Translations under genes and position numbers: made by a program
Shown here: positions 26,804-36,511 of the stretch, in pieces
Layout: each line of letters opens with the position of its first letter
How positions within the stretch are numbered: the first letter of the stretch is position 1
Notes under the pieces: generated by a model
What the model was told of the DNA's origin: nothing
What the model saw: only the letters and a program-made list of their open reading frames with translations
Databases searched by the model: none
Assembly (NCBI GenBank): GCA_028289375.1
Contig: JANQQK010000028.1
Location: forward strand, 67,318-131,317
Direction: 5' to 3'
Source of the DNA: Phycisphaerae bacterium
GTDB taxonomy: Bacteria > Planctomycetota > Phycisphaerae > UBA1845
DNA length: 64,000 nucleotides

Positions 26804-27819
26804 ATCGGTTAATCGAGAAGCTGATCGCGGGAGAGGACCTGTCTGCGGACGAGGCGTCGGACTTGGTGTCGGCGATGATACGCGACGATGCTGATGCGGT
26901 TCATGTTGGTGCGGCGTTGACGGCGTTGCGTGCGAAGGGTGAAACGGCGGACGAGTTGCGTGGGTTTGCGCGGACGATGCTGGGGCATGCTGTTTCTGTT
27001 CCGTTTGATTGCGGCGATGCGGTGGACATCGTTGGGACCGGCGGGGATGGGTCGAACAGCCTCAATCTATCGACGGGATCGGCGCTTCTGGCTGCGGTGT
27101 GCGGTGTTCCCGTGGTCAAGCATGGCAACCGTGCTGTTTCGGGGCGGTCGGGAAGTGCGGATGTTCTTGAGGCCTTGGGGTTTGCGATTCCGTCGTCGCC
27201 GGTTGAGGCGGGTGCGCAGTTGGGTGCAGCGGGATTCACGTTTCTTTATGCACCGGATTACCATCCGGCGTTGGGGGCGTTGAAGGAGATTCGTCGCCGG
27301 CTGGGGGTGCGGACGATTTTCAATATTCTTGGTCCGCTTCTGAATCCGGCCAAGCCGCCTTACGCGGTGATTGGTGCACCGAGGCGTGACATTGCGTCGT
27401 TGATGGCGGACGCGTTGTCGAGCATGGGTGTTCGGCGTGCGTTTGTTGTCCATGGGGCAGATGATTGGGACGAGCCGACACCGCTTGGGCCGTTTTCGAT
27501 TCTGGATGTTCGCGACGGTGGTGTGACGACGTTGGTTCGCGATCCTGCTGACTTCGGGATTTCGCGGTGCGTGGCTGAGGACTTAGCGGGTGGTGATCCG
27601 GATCACAATGCCGATGAATTGCGGATGGTCTTTGAGGGTCGCAGGAATGCGCATCGCGATGCGTTGTCGATTGGGGCTGCGCTGGCGCTGGAAGTGAGTG
27701 GGCGGGTCGGTGGTCTCGCTGAGGGGCTTGAGGTTGCCGGGGATGCGTTGGATTCGGGTCGGGCGGTCGCATTGCTCGACCGCGTGATCATGTTTGAGGG
27801 AGCGCACGGCGATGGATGA
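26800..27819 (+). CDS. trpD: anthranilate phosphoribosyltransferase
   Basis: DIVGTGGDGSNSLNLSTGSALLAAVCGVPVVKHGNRAVSGRSGSADVLEALG. Confidence 0.92.
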   Translation: MNRLIEKLIAGEDLSADEASDLVSAMIRDDADAVHVGAALTALRAKGETADELRGFARTMLGHAVSVPFDCGDAVDIVGTGGDGSNSLNLSTGSALLAAVCGVPVVKHGNRAVSGRSGSADVLEALGFAIPSSPVEAGAQLGAAGFTFLYAPDYHPALGALKEIRRRLGVRTIFNILGPLLNPAKPPYAVIGAPRRDIASLMADALSSMGVRRAFVVHGADDWDEPTPLGPFSILDVRDGGVTTLVRDPADFGISRCVAEDLAGGDPDHNADELRMVFEGRRNAHRDALSIGAALALEVSGRVGGLAEGLEVAGDALDSGRAVALLDRVIMFEGAHGDG

Positions 27820-28648
27820 ACAGAACTTCCTTGAGCGGATGGCGTCGCTGAGTCGCCAACGGGCGGCTGCGATCGCGGATGATCGGATACGTGCGCAATT
27901 GCGACAGCGGGTTGTGGTGCAGGCGTTGCACAAGGTGAATCTGTCCGCGGCTGGCTTTGACATTATGGCTGAGGTGAAGCGACGTTCGCCGGCGCGTGGA
28001 GTTCTTGCAGAGGGTGACGCTGAGGCGGTTGGGCGGGCGCGCGCTTATGTCGCGGGCGGGGCATTTTCGATCTCGGTGTTGACCGAGCCGGCGGAGTTCG
28101 GGGGATCGCTGTCGGACCTTGAGATGGTCGCGTCGGCGGTTGATTGCCCTGTGATGCGGAAGGACTTTCTGGTTGATCCGGTGCAATTGCTGGAGGCGCG
28201 GGCGTATGGTGCGTCCGGTGCGCTGCTGATTGTTCGCATGCTCTCTTCGGACGTTATTGACGCCATGGTGGATGCTGCCTGTGAGCTTGGCTTGTTCCTC
28301 GTCTTTGAGATCTTCGGGACTGAGGATGTGGGTGAACTGGAGCGTGCGTTGTCGCTGTGTGAGCGATCGGGTGTTGTGGCGTTTTCGGGGATTAACTGTC
28401 GTGATCTGACGACGCTTGACGTTGATGCGGGTCGTCATGCGGAGCTTTTTTCGTGTGTGCCGAGTGACCGGCCGATCATTGCTGAAAGTGGGGTTGGAAG
28501 TGCTGATGATGCTGCTCGGCTTGCGGGGTTGGGCTATCGTGCGGCGCTTGTTGGGACGTCGCTCATGATGGCTGCTGATCCGAGAACGACGCTTGCGGGT
28601 TATCTGAAGGCGGGTCGTGTTGCGGCATTTCGGGAGTCGCCGGCATGA
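27812..28648 (+). CDS. trpC: indole-3-glycerol phosphate synthase
   Basis: MAEVKRRSPARGVL, FLVDPVQLLEARAYGASGALLI. ATG 27812 overlaps the trpD stop (ATGGATGA). An alternative TTG lies at 27794. Confidence 0.88.
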   Translation: MDEQNFLERMASLSRQRAAAIADDRIRAQLRQRVVVQALHKVNLSAAGFDIMAEVKRRSPARGVLAEGDAEAVGRARAYVAGGAFSISVLTEPAEFGGSLSDLEMVASAVDCPVMRKDFLVDPVQLLEARAYGASGALLIVRMLSSDVIDAMVDAACELGLFLVFEIFGTEDVGELERALSLCERSGVVAFSGINCRDLTTLDVDAGRHAELFSCVPSDRPIIAESGVGSADDAARLAGLGYRAALVGTSLMMAADPRTTLAGYLKAGRVAAFRESPA

Positions 28649-29280
28649 ATCGGACGCGGATCAAGATATGCGGGGTGACGACTGTGGAGGTGATCGACGC
28701 GGCGATTGATGCCGGAGTCGATGCGCTTGGGTTTGTGTTTGCTGAATCGCCGAGGGCTGTGACTGCTGGTGAGGCGGCGAAACTTGCAGAGTCGGTCCCG
28801 CCGTATGTGTCGCGCGTGGCTGTTTTCTTTCAACCGCGGCGTGAGGATGTCCAGCGGACATTGGCGGTGTTTCCTGCCGACGTTGTTCAGGCGGAACCTG
28901 TCGGTGGGCTTGATTCATCCATTCAGTTGATGCCTGTTGTTCATGACGGGCCCGACGCGGTGGAGCTGATCGAGGGCGATGTTGATCCTGGCGGGTCGCT
29001 TTTGTTTGAGGCGTCCGGGCGGGGTGGTCAGGGAAGGATGCCGTCGTGGGGCCGGGCTGCGAGGATTGCTGCACGGCGACGACTTGTCCTGGCGGGTGGT
29101 CTCACGCCGGAAAATGTCGGTGAGGCGATTCGCACGGTTCGGCCTTTTGCGGTGGATGTGAGTTCGGGGGTTGAGTCGTCGTTGGGGGTCAAGGACGCGG
29201 ATCTGATACATGAGTTTGTGGGTGCGGTGCATCGAGCGGATCTGTTTGCGCACCACGCCACGTTCAGGGAGCCACTATGA
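28645..29280 (+). CDS. trpF: phosphoribosylanthranilate isomerase
   Basis: RIKICGVTT start, LAGGLTPENV, FAVDVSSGVE. ATGA overlaps on both sides. Confidence 0.88.
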   Translation: MNRTRIKICGVTTVEVIDAAIDAGVDALGFVFAESPRAVTAGEAAKLAESVPPYVSRVAVFFQPRREDVQRTLAVFPADVVQAEPVGGLDSSIQLMPVVHDGPDAVELIEGDVDPGGSLLFEASGRGGQGRMPSWGRAARIAARRRLVLAGGLTPENVGEAIRTVRPFAVDVSSGVESSLGVKDADLIHEFVGAVHRADLFAHHATFREPL

Positions 29281-30512
29281 CCACGCAGATGTCTGATCAT
29301 TCTGAAGCACGTCTTGACGACCTGCTGGCGGGGCGGCTGCCGGATGGAACGGGTCGCTTTGGGCCATTCGGTGGGCGATTTGTGCCGGAGACACTGATGA
29401 GCGCGTTGTCGCGTCTTGAAGTGCGCGCCCGGGCTGCGTTTGCTGATGGTGACTTTTGCAGGCAACTGTCCGTCGAGCTTCGGGATTGGGTGGGACGTCC
29501 GACGGCGTTGACGCCTGCGCATGGGTTGAGTCGGCGGTGGGGCGCCACCGTTGTTCTCAAGCGAGAGGATCTTGCGCACACCGGTGCGCACAAGATCAAC
29601 AACGCTCTTGGGCAGGCGATGCTGGCGAAGTGGTCTGGTGCCCGGGAGGTGATTGCCGAGACGGGCGCTGGTCAGCATGGCGTCGCGACGGCTGCTGCGT
29701 GTGCGCGCGTTGGTCTGCCGTGCACGGTTTACATGGGAGCGGTGGATGCGAAGCGTCAGGCGCCGAATGTTGATCGGATGCATCGGCTTGGTGCGTCGGT
29801 GGTTGAGGTTGCGTCTGGCGATGCAACGCTTCGGGCGGCGGTCAACGAGGCGATGCGTCGTTGGGTCACGGATCCTGAACAGACGTATTATCTGCTTGGT
29901 TCGGCGATCGGTCCGCATCCTTATCCGTGGTTGGTGCGGGAGTTTCACAAGGTGATCGGGGAGGAGGCTCGGCAGCAGATGCTCGATCGATTTGACCGGC
30001 TGCCTGATGGGGTGGTTGCGTGTGTTGGCGGCGGCTCGAATGCGATCGGGTTGTTTCATGGTTTTCTGGGTGACGCCGGTGTTCGGCTTGTTGGTGCTGA
30101 GGCCGGCGGGTCGGGTGCGGGGCGGAATGCTGCTTCTGTCGTTCATGGTGTTCCGGGTGTTTTGCACGGTTGCCATACGCTGCTTTTGCAGGATGGTGAG
30201 GGGCAGGTGCTTGAGACGGAGTCGGTGTCGGCAGGGCTGGACTATCCGGCGGTGGGGCCTGAGCACGCGTTTCTTCATTCGATTGGCAGGACGGAGTATT
30301 GTGCGGTTTCTGACGACGAAGCGCTCGCGGCGTTTGACGAGTGCTGCTCGTGCGAGGGGATCATTCCTGCGCTTGAGACGGCACATGCGTTCGCGGCGGC
30401 GAAGCGGATGGCCCTTGAGTCGCCGGGCATCACGGTGTTGATCGGATGCTCGGGACGGGGTGACAAAGATTTGCCAAGCCTGCGTGAAAAACGGAGGGAA
30501 TCGCATGACTGA
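29277..30512 (+). CDS. trpB: tryptophan synthase beta chain
   Basis: GRFGPFGGRFVPETLM, LKREDLAHTGAHKINN, GGGSNAIGLF. Confidence 0.93.
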   Translation: MTTQMSDHSEARLDDLLAGRLPDGTGRFGPFGGRFVPETLMSALSRLEVRARAAFADGDFCRQLSVELRDWVGRPTALTPAHGLSRRWGATVVLKREDLAHTGAHKINNALGQAMLAKWSGAREVIAETGAGQHGVATAAACARVGLPCTVYMGAVDAKRQAPNVDRMHRLGASVVEVASGDATLRAAVNEAMRRWVTDPEQTYYLLGSAIGPHPYPWLVREFHKVIGEEARQQMLDRFDRLPDGVVACVGGGSNAIGLFHGFLGDAGVRLVGAEAGGSGAGRNAASVVHGVPGVLHGCHTLLLQDGEGQVLETESVSAGLDYPAVGPEHAFLHSIGRTEYCAVSDDEALAAFDECCSCEGIIPALETAHAFAAAKRMALESPGITVLIGCSGRGDKDLPSLREKRRESHD

Positions 30513-31320
30513 CGTCACAACGACGCGCGGTGCTGAGCGGATTACGGCGGCCATCCGAATGGCGAGGCGGGAGCGTGGTTTTGCGCTGGCGCCGTTTCTG
30601 ACGGCGGGTTATCCGAATGTTGAAGCGTGCGGTGCGTTGCTTGGTGAGATTGCCGCGAATGCGGACATTGTTGAGTTGGGGATTCCGTTCTCCGATCCGA
30701 TTGCTGATGGGCCGACGATTCAGCATGCAAGCCGTGTTGCGCTTGATGGTGGTGTGACGATCGATCGTGCGCTGGAGATGCTTCGCTCGGCGAGCGTCGG
30801 GATTCCGGTGATCGCCATGACGTATCTCAACCCGTTGCTGACGTATGGGTTTGCGCGCTTTGCGGAGGCTGCGGCGTCGGTTGGCATCGATGGGATCATC
30901 GTGCCCGATCTGCCGGTCGAAGAGAGTGTCGCGTTGCGGGAAGCGGTTGCGGAATTCGGGTTGTGCGTCATATCGATGGTGACACCGGCGACGCCTGATG
31001 ATCGCATGAAACAAATTTGCGCGCAGGCGAAGGGGTTTGTCTATGCCACGACGATCTGCGGCGTGACGGGGGCCGCGAATGCGATCGATGATGGCGTTGG
31101 GGATTTTGTGAAGCGTATTGCGCGTCACACCGATGTGCCGATCCTGGCTGGTTTCGGTATACGGTCCGCCGATGACGCCGAGCGTCTGGCCGATCACTGC
31201 GATGGGGTCATCATCGGGAGCGCGTTGATCGAATCGATCGATCGTGGAGACAGTCCGGCGGCGTTCCTGCGTGGGGTGCGGCCTGCTGTGGCGAATAGGA
31301 AAGGGAGTGTGCGATCATGA
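30505..31320 (+). CDS. trpA: tryptophan synthase alpha chain
   Basis: ATG 30505 after GGAGGG, overlapping the trpB stop (ATGACTGA). LAPFLTAGYPN, ELGIPFSDPIADGPTIQ, GFGIRS. Confidence 0.9.
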   Translation: MTDVTTTRGAERITAAIRMARRERGFALAPFLTAGYPNVEACGALLGEIAANADIVELGIPFSDPIADGPTIQHASRVALDGGVTIDRALEMLRSASVGIPVIAMTYLNPLLTYGFARFAEAAASVGIDGIIVPDLPVEESVALREAVAEFGLCVISMVTPATPDDRMKQICAQAKGFVYATTICGVTGAANAIDDGVGDFVKRIARHTDVPILAGFGIRSADDAERLADHCDGVIIGSALIESIDRGDSPAAFLRGVRPAVANRKGSVRS

Positions 31321-32363
31321 TGATCGTTCTGAGGGCGGATTGCAGCCTGAAGGAGAAGGCGGAGATCACGCGCATTCTTGAGGCTGGCGAGATCAACATC
31401 AATGTGACGGAAACCGGCGGCAGTACCGCCTTTATACTGATGCCAACGCCGGACGACGACATTGTGGCGTCTTTGGAGCGTCATGGGGGTGTTGCGGAAG
31501 TTCGTCGGGCGACGCCTTCGTGCCAGCTCGTAACGCGTGACCATCGCGCAGAGCCGACGCGGTTTCATGTCGGCCATGCGCTGGTTGGTCCGGATACGCT
31601 GACGGTGATTGCGGGGCCTTGCTCTGTCGAAACACGAACGCAGATGATGGAGATTGCCGAGTGTGTTGCCGATGCGGGTGCGACGATGCTGCGCGGCGGG
31701 GCGTTCAAGCCGCGGACAAGCCCGTACAGTTTTCAGGGATTGGGGGAGCGGGGGCTTGAGTTGCTGGCGGATGCGGGTGGTCGGTTCAAGCTGCCGACGG
31801 TTACGGAAGTGATGGCGCCGGAGCAGGCTGCATTGATCGCGCAATACGCTGATGTTCTGCAGGTCGGTGCGCGGAACATGCAGAACTTCAGTTTGCTGCA
31901 GGCTGTTGGTCAGCAGCATCGGCCGATTCTGCTCAAGAGAAGCCCGATGGCATCGATCGAGGAATTGCTTTGCGCGGCTGAGTATATCGCGGCGGCGGGT
32001 AATCAGCGGATCATGCTGTGTGAGCGCGGTATTCGCACATTTGAGCGTGCGACGCGAAGTACGCTTGATATTTCGGCTGTTCCGGTTCTGAAGCAGCTGT
32101 CTCACCTTCCGGTGATCGTGGATCCGAGTCATGCTGTTGGTAAGCGGGAGTGGGTGCCACCGCTTGCGAAGTGTTCGGTGGCTTGCGGGGCCGACGGGTT
32201 GATGATTGAGGTTCACCCGAATCCTGAGGAAGCGATGAGCGACGGTCGGCAAAGTCTGACGATGGATCAGTTCTCACGCATGATGGTTGATGTGCGGCGT
32301 CTTGCCGGGGCTGAAGGACGTCAGGATCATGCTGAAGGGTCGCAGCAGTCCGTGCGTGCGTAG
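31317..32363 (+). CDS. aroF: 3-deoxy-7-phosphoheptulonate (DAHP) synthase, type I-beta with N-terminal regulatory-like domain
   Basis: GPCSVETRTQMMEIA..., LRGGAFKPRTSPYSFQGLG, VIVDPSHA motifs of KDO8PS-like DAHP synthases. An N-terminal extension of about 80 aa. ATGA overlap with trpA. Confidence 0.88.
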   Translation: MMIVLRADCSLKEKAEITRILEAGEININVTETGGSTAFILMPTPDDDIVASLERHGGVAEVRRATPSCQLVTRDHRAEPTRFHVGHALVGPDTLTVIAGPCSVETRTQMMEIAECVADAGATMLRGGAFKPRTSPYSFQGLGERGLELLADAGGRFKLPTVTEVMAPEQAALIAQYADVLQVGARNMQNFSLLQAVGQQHRPILLKRSPMASIEELLCAAEYIAAAGNQRIMLCERGIRTFERATRSTLDISAVPVLKQLSHLPVIVDPSHAVGKREWVPPLAKCSVACGADGLMIEVHPNPEEAMSDGRQSLTMDQFSRMMVDVRRLAGAEGRQDHAEGSQQSVRA

Positions 32364-33122
32364 TTTCGACGATTGGTTTTGGATCTTATTGCTGGTGAAC
32401 GGGGAATTGGTGTTGCCAGCAGGTGGTCCGTAGAGTCGGTATCTTGGTTCGCTGCACCTGATCGGAGTTTTCGACGCGTGGTGATGCTCGTCGGGATGGT
32501 GGCTCGGAGTTTCGGGTTGCCATTTGCGTATTGTCAACGTGCGGCGTTGGTCGTAGGTGGTGAGATCGTGCGCTACCCGTCGATGCAAGCGGGTTCGAAC
32601 CCATCCCCGTGACAGCATGGCTTGCAACCACGTCGACGATTCGCGAATCCCCCGTTCTTCCTGCGAAACGACACTTGGACATGTCCCCAAGTTTCCATTT
32701 CAGATTGCCGGCCGTCGGGGGGCTTGCGGCCTGTTCCAATCGGGGTTGGTGCTTGGCGGTTCATGGGAAGGTTCTGGGCTGGTGATTGCGTTGTGTGCGT
32801 TGTTGACGAACGATGGGTTGGGTCGCGGTGTGGCGAGTTTCGTTTCCCTTTGAATGAGGCGAGCGCGGTGACCGGCAACGGTCGATACGCGTTGAACAGG
32901 CATTTGCCAAACCGGGCGCGTAAGCGGCGGTGACGGTGTCTGATGGCCGAAAAACGCAGCGTTGTCGGACGCGACAGCGGGACGTGGTTCGACTAACGTA
33001 CAGTCGGTGATGAACGCGGCAGGATGGCGGCGATTTTCCGGCTGTTTGACGGTGATCGGGTGGTCTGACAGGCGTGGCGTTTTGCTTGTCGCTCCGGTGG
33101 GTGCTCTACGATACGGGACTTG

Positions 33123-34979
33123 ATGATGAAGACACGCATGGCCCTGTTTTGCTTGGTGGTGTTGTCGAACATTCCCTTCGAGAGGGGGGGCAATTCGTGC
33201 ATGGCTGCGACGAATCAGGGCGGCAAGATCGTGATCTACCAGGTGTTCACCCGACTCTTCGGAAACCGCAACACGACCAACAAGGAGTGGGGCACTGTTG
33301 AGGAGAACGGCGTCGGGAAGTTCGGTGATTTCACCGACGAGGCATTGAAGGGGATCAGGGAATTCGGGACGACTCATATCTGGTACACGGGGGTGCCGCA
33401 CCATGCCGTCATTCGTGACTATACGGCTTACGGGATTTCGAACGATGATCCCGATGTGGTCAAAGGCCGAGCCGGGTCACCGTATGCGGTGAAGGACTAT
33501 TACAATGTGAATCCCGACCTTGCGGTCGATCCGGCCAAGCGTCTGGAAGAGTTCAAGGCGTTGGTGCAGCGTACACATCGACATGGCATGAAGGTCATGA
33601 TCGACATCGTCCCCAACCACGTTGCGCGTGGCTATCAATCCATCAGCAGTCCGGCGGGTGTGCGCGATTTTGGGGCGGACGATGACACCAGTGTCGCTTA
33701 TCGTCGAGATAATAACTTCTACTATATTCCGGGCGATTCATTCCGCGTTCCGGACGGCAGTGTTCCTCTCGGCGGGGAGGCTCATCCACTTGCGGATGGC
33801 AAGTTTGATGAGCATCCGGCGAAGTGGACGGGCAATGGGTCGCGTCTTGCCCAGCCGAATGCGCACGACTGGTATGAGACGGTCAAGGTGAACTATGGTG
33901 TGCGTCCGGACGGTACGCATGACTTCCCTGCTCTGCCTGAGACTCTGCGCGGTGCTTCCTTCCAAGAACATGCCGCGTTCTGGAGCGGGAAGGATGTTCC
34001 GGATTCGTGGATCAAGTTCCGCGAGATTGCACTGTACTGGTTGGATTTCGGGGTGGACGGTTTTCGTTTCGACATGGCTGAGATGGTGCCCGTGGCGTTC
34101 TGGAGCTATCTCAATTCCTCGATCAAGATGAAGGACCCCAATGCGTTGTGCCTGGCAGAGATCTACAATCGCGATTTGTACCGCAGCTATATTCAGCTCG
34201 GTCTGATGGATGTGTTGTACGACAAGGTTGACTTCTACGACACGATGAAGCGGATCATGCAGGGCCATGCGCCTGCGTCCGATCTGATTCCCATCATTGA
34301 CGCTTTGCGCGATGTTGATTCGCACATGCTTCACTTTCTGGAAAATCACGATGAGCAGCGTATTGCCAGCCCGGAGTTCGCCGGTGATGCGCGTGTTGGT
34401 ATGCCGGGTATGACTGTCTCCGCGCTGGTGGGGAAGGGGCCAAGCATGCTCTATTTTGCCCAGGCATTGGGTGAACGGGCGGATCGGAATGCTGGATTTG
34501 GTTCTGCGTCGCGGACCAGCATTTTTGACTACTGGGGACTTGAGACGCTGAACCGCTGGGCCAACGGTGGGAAATACGATGGCGCCCTTCTCTCAGGCGG
34601 TGAGAAGGCGCTTCGTCGACACTACACGGCACTGCTGTCGTTCAGTGCAAAGAGCCAGGCCATGAAGGGTGGGTATGCTGATCTGCACCGGTACAACCTG
34701 TCCAATGGGGAGAACTATACCGAGAGGCACTTTTCGTTTGCGCGATGGTCGGGTGGTTCGAGGGTGGTGGTCTTGGTTGGTTTTGATCGGGACAATGGGG
34801 CCCAGATTGATCTCCGGATTCCTGAAGCGCTTGTTGCTGAATGGGGGCTGGAAGATGGGACATATGGCCTTAAGGACGTTTTCGATGGGTCGTCAAGACG
34901 GCTTGTGGTTGAGCATGGTCGTGGCGTGATCCGTACGGTGCTCAAGCCTTTGGAATCGCAGGTGTACGTGTTTGAGTGA
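33123..34979 (+). CDS. GH13 alpha-amylase-family glycosidase, exported
   Basis: Hydrophobic N-terminus MMKTRMALFCLVVLS. KIVIYQVFTRLFGN, MIDIVPNHVA, DGFRFDMAEMV, FLENHDEQR (GH13 regions I, II, IV). Confidence 0.88.
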   Translation: MMKTRMALFCLVVLSNIPFERGGNSCMAATNQGGKIVIYQVFTRLFGNRNTTNKEWGTVEENGVGKFGDFTDEALKGIREFGTTHIWYTGVPHHAVIRDYTAYGISNDDPDVVKGRAGSPYAVKDYYNVNPDLAVDPAKRLEEFKALVQRTHRHGMKVMIDIVPNHVARGYQSISSPAGVRDFGADDDTSVAYRRDNNFYYIPGDSFRVPDGSVPLGGEAHPLADGKFDEHPAKWTGNGSRLAQPNAHDWYETVKVNYGVRPDGTHDFPALPETLRGASFQEHAAFWSGKDVPDSWIKFREIALYWLDFGVDGFRFDMAEMVPVAFWSYLNSSIKMKDPNALCLAEIYNRDLYRSYIQLGLMDVLYDKVDFYDTMKRIMQGHAPASDLIPIIDALRDVDSHMLHFLENHDEQRIASPEFAGDARVGMPGMTVSALVGKGPSMLYFAQALGERADRNAGFGSASRTSIFDYWGLETLNRWANGGKYDGALLSGGEKALRRHYTALLSFSAKSQAMKGGYADLHRYNLSNGENYTERHFSFARWSGGSRVVVLVGFDRDNGAQIDLRIPEALVAEWGLEDGTYGLKDVFDGSSRRLVVEHGRGVIRTVLKPLESQVYVFE

Positions 34980-35248
34980 TGATGGCGCGGACTTTGTCTT
35001 CCAGGGGATATGTGCTTGTGCTGGATTTGTTCGCAGGCCGGACTATGGGATGAGCGAATCCACTGGTGTGGGCTTGGAGACTCTGCATCGGTTATCAAGC
35101 TGAACTGTGTACGAAACTGGACGGTCTTCTCTTTCAGGGACGAAGAATCGATGTTGTCGTTTGTATGTGACTGCTGTGGGGCTCGTCGTGCTGTCTCCAT
35201 GGGTGCGCGGCTGCGGAGTGGTTGGACCGTCGGCGGAAGGGGGTCAGC

Positions 35249-36481
35249 ATGACCGAAGAAGCGGGAAGCCCGCAGCAGAAGTTGATCTTCTCGACGCCTC
35301 ACGATGTTCGGAAGGCGATCCTGATCACATTCATCGCGTTCCTGTTCTGTGGCTTTCAGGCTGCGATCTACGGGATGACGACGGTTCCGGTTTCGAAGTT
35401 TTTCGGGACGCTGCCTGAGACGATTGTGAAGTATGATTCATTCGGGATGTGGGGGCAGATCCTCGCGATGGGGACGGGGGGTTTCGTTATCGCCAGGATT
35501 CGGGGTAAGAACACGTTGCTCCTGGCCGGTCTGATGATGCTTGTGGCGTCCACGCTGATTGCGCTGTTCCCGGTGCTCCCGGTTTATATTTCGATGTCGT
35601 TTCTCTGCAATATGGCGATCGGGTTCGCGCTGGTGTCGTGTTACTACATGACGATGGGGACGGTCCGCAAGGAAGGGGAAAGCGAAGGGAAGCTGGCGAT
35701 CCTGAATGTATTTTTCAGTGCGGGCTTTATGATCAGTCCGATCATCAATGGCTTTGTGATTGACTCCTGGTCCTGGCGGGCAGTGTTCGTGTTGATTGCG
35801 GCCATGTTCGCTGCGTTCATTGCCATTCTGCTTTTCTTCAATATCAGCGAAATGGCGGATGATGCTCTGAAGGAAGAGAAGAAGAAGGAGCAGGGTGAGG
35901 CGACGGCGAGCTTCATGTCTGTTCCTCTCGTGTTGACGGCTGTTGCGTTTTTCCTGTTCGTCTATGTCGAGCAGATCATGAACAACTTGAATCAGCCGCG
36001 GATGCAGGTGGACCTGGGTTTCGACATCAAGGTCGTGGGTGCTCTGGTGACGACGTATGCGCTGTCGCAGATGGTCGGTCGATTGGTGTTTGGCAAGTTT
36101 CTGCTTCCTCGGGTGAAGGTGCACAAGTACATCATCGTTTCGTCGCTGCTGTTTGGCGCGTTCATTTTCATTTTCGTGAACCTCACGAGCCTGTCCACGG
36201 TGATCCCCTTTATGGTTCTGCTGGGGCTGGCTAATTCGTGTATCTATCCGTCCATCGTGGGCTACGGTTTGGATCAGATCGGGCATGCCAGTCCGAAGGC
36301 GACGTCGTTCATCATCACGTGCGGGTCGATCGGTATTCCTGTGGGAACGTTCATGTCCGGGTTGATCGGTGAGAATTTCGGCAGGACCAAGGCAATGCTG
36401 GTTGGCCCGGTGTTGCTGGTTGTGGTCGTGCTTCTCATCTTTACGGTGAGGCGTATGGCGGTGAAGAGGGAAGTTGCGTAA
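35249..36481 (+). CDS. MFS transporter (probable sugar/maltodextrin-related by context)
   Basis: ATG 35249 after AAGGGGG. About 12 hydrophobic helices throughout. Substrate is inferred from context only. Confidence 0.8.
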   Translation: MTEEAGSPQQKLIFSTPHDVRKAILITFIAFLFCGFQAAIYGMTTVPVSKFFGTLPETIVKYDSFGMWGQILAMGTGGFVIARIRGKNTLLLAGLMMLVASTLIALFPVLPVYISMSFLCNMAIGFALVSCYYMTMGTVRKEGESEGKLAILNVFFSAGFMISPIINGFVIDSWSWRAVFVLIAAMFAAFIAILLFFNISEMADDALKEEKKKEQGEATASFMSVPLVLTAVAFFLFVYVEQIMNNLNQPRMQVDLGFDIKVVGALVTTYALSQMVGRLVFGKFLLPRVKVHKYIIVSSLLFGAFIFIFVNLTSLSTVIPFMVLLGLANSCIYPSIVGYGLDQIGHASPKATSFIITCGSIGIPVGTFMSGLIGENFGRTKAMLVGPVLLVVVVLLIFTVRRMAVKREVA

Positions 36482-36511
36482 CGGGTCGGGAACAGTTGAA
36501 CGGGCTTGGGC

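Noticed and set aside
32560-32615. tRNA-like T-arm sequence GCGGGTTCGAACCCATCC; possible tRNA, tRNA fragment or att site
   Set aside because: GGGTTCGAACCC is only a 12-nt palindrome. Flanking sequence gives no 5-bp T-stem with a 7-nt loop, no acceptor or anticodon arm, and no match to the tRNA-Val or tmRNA 3' ends in the window.
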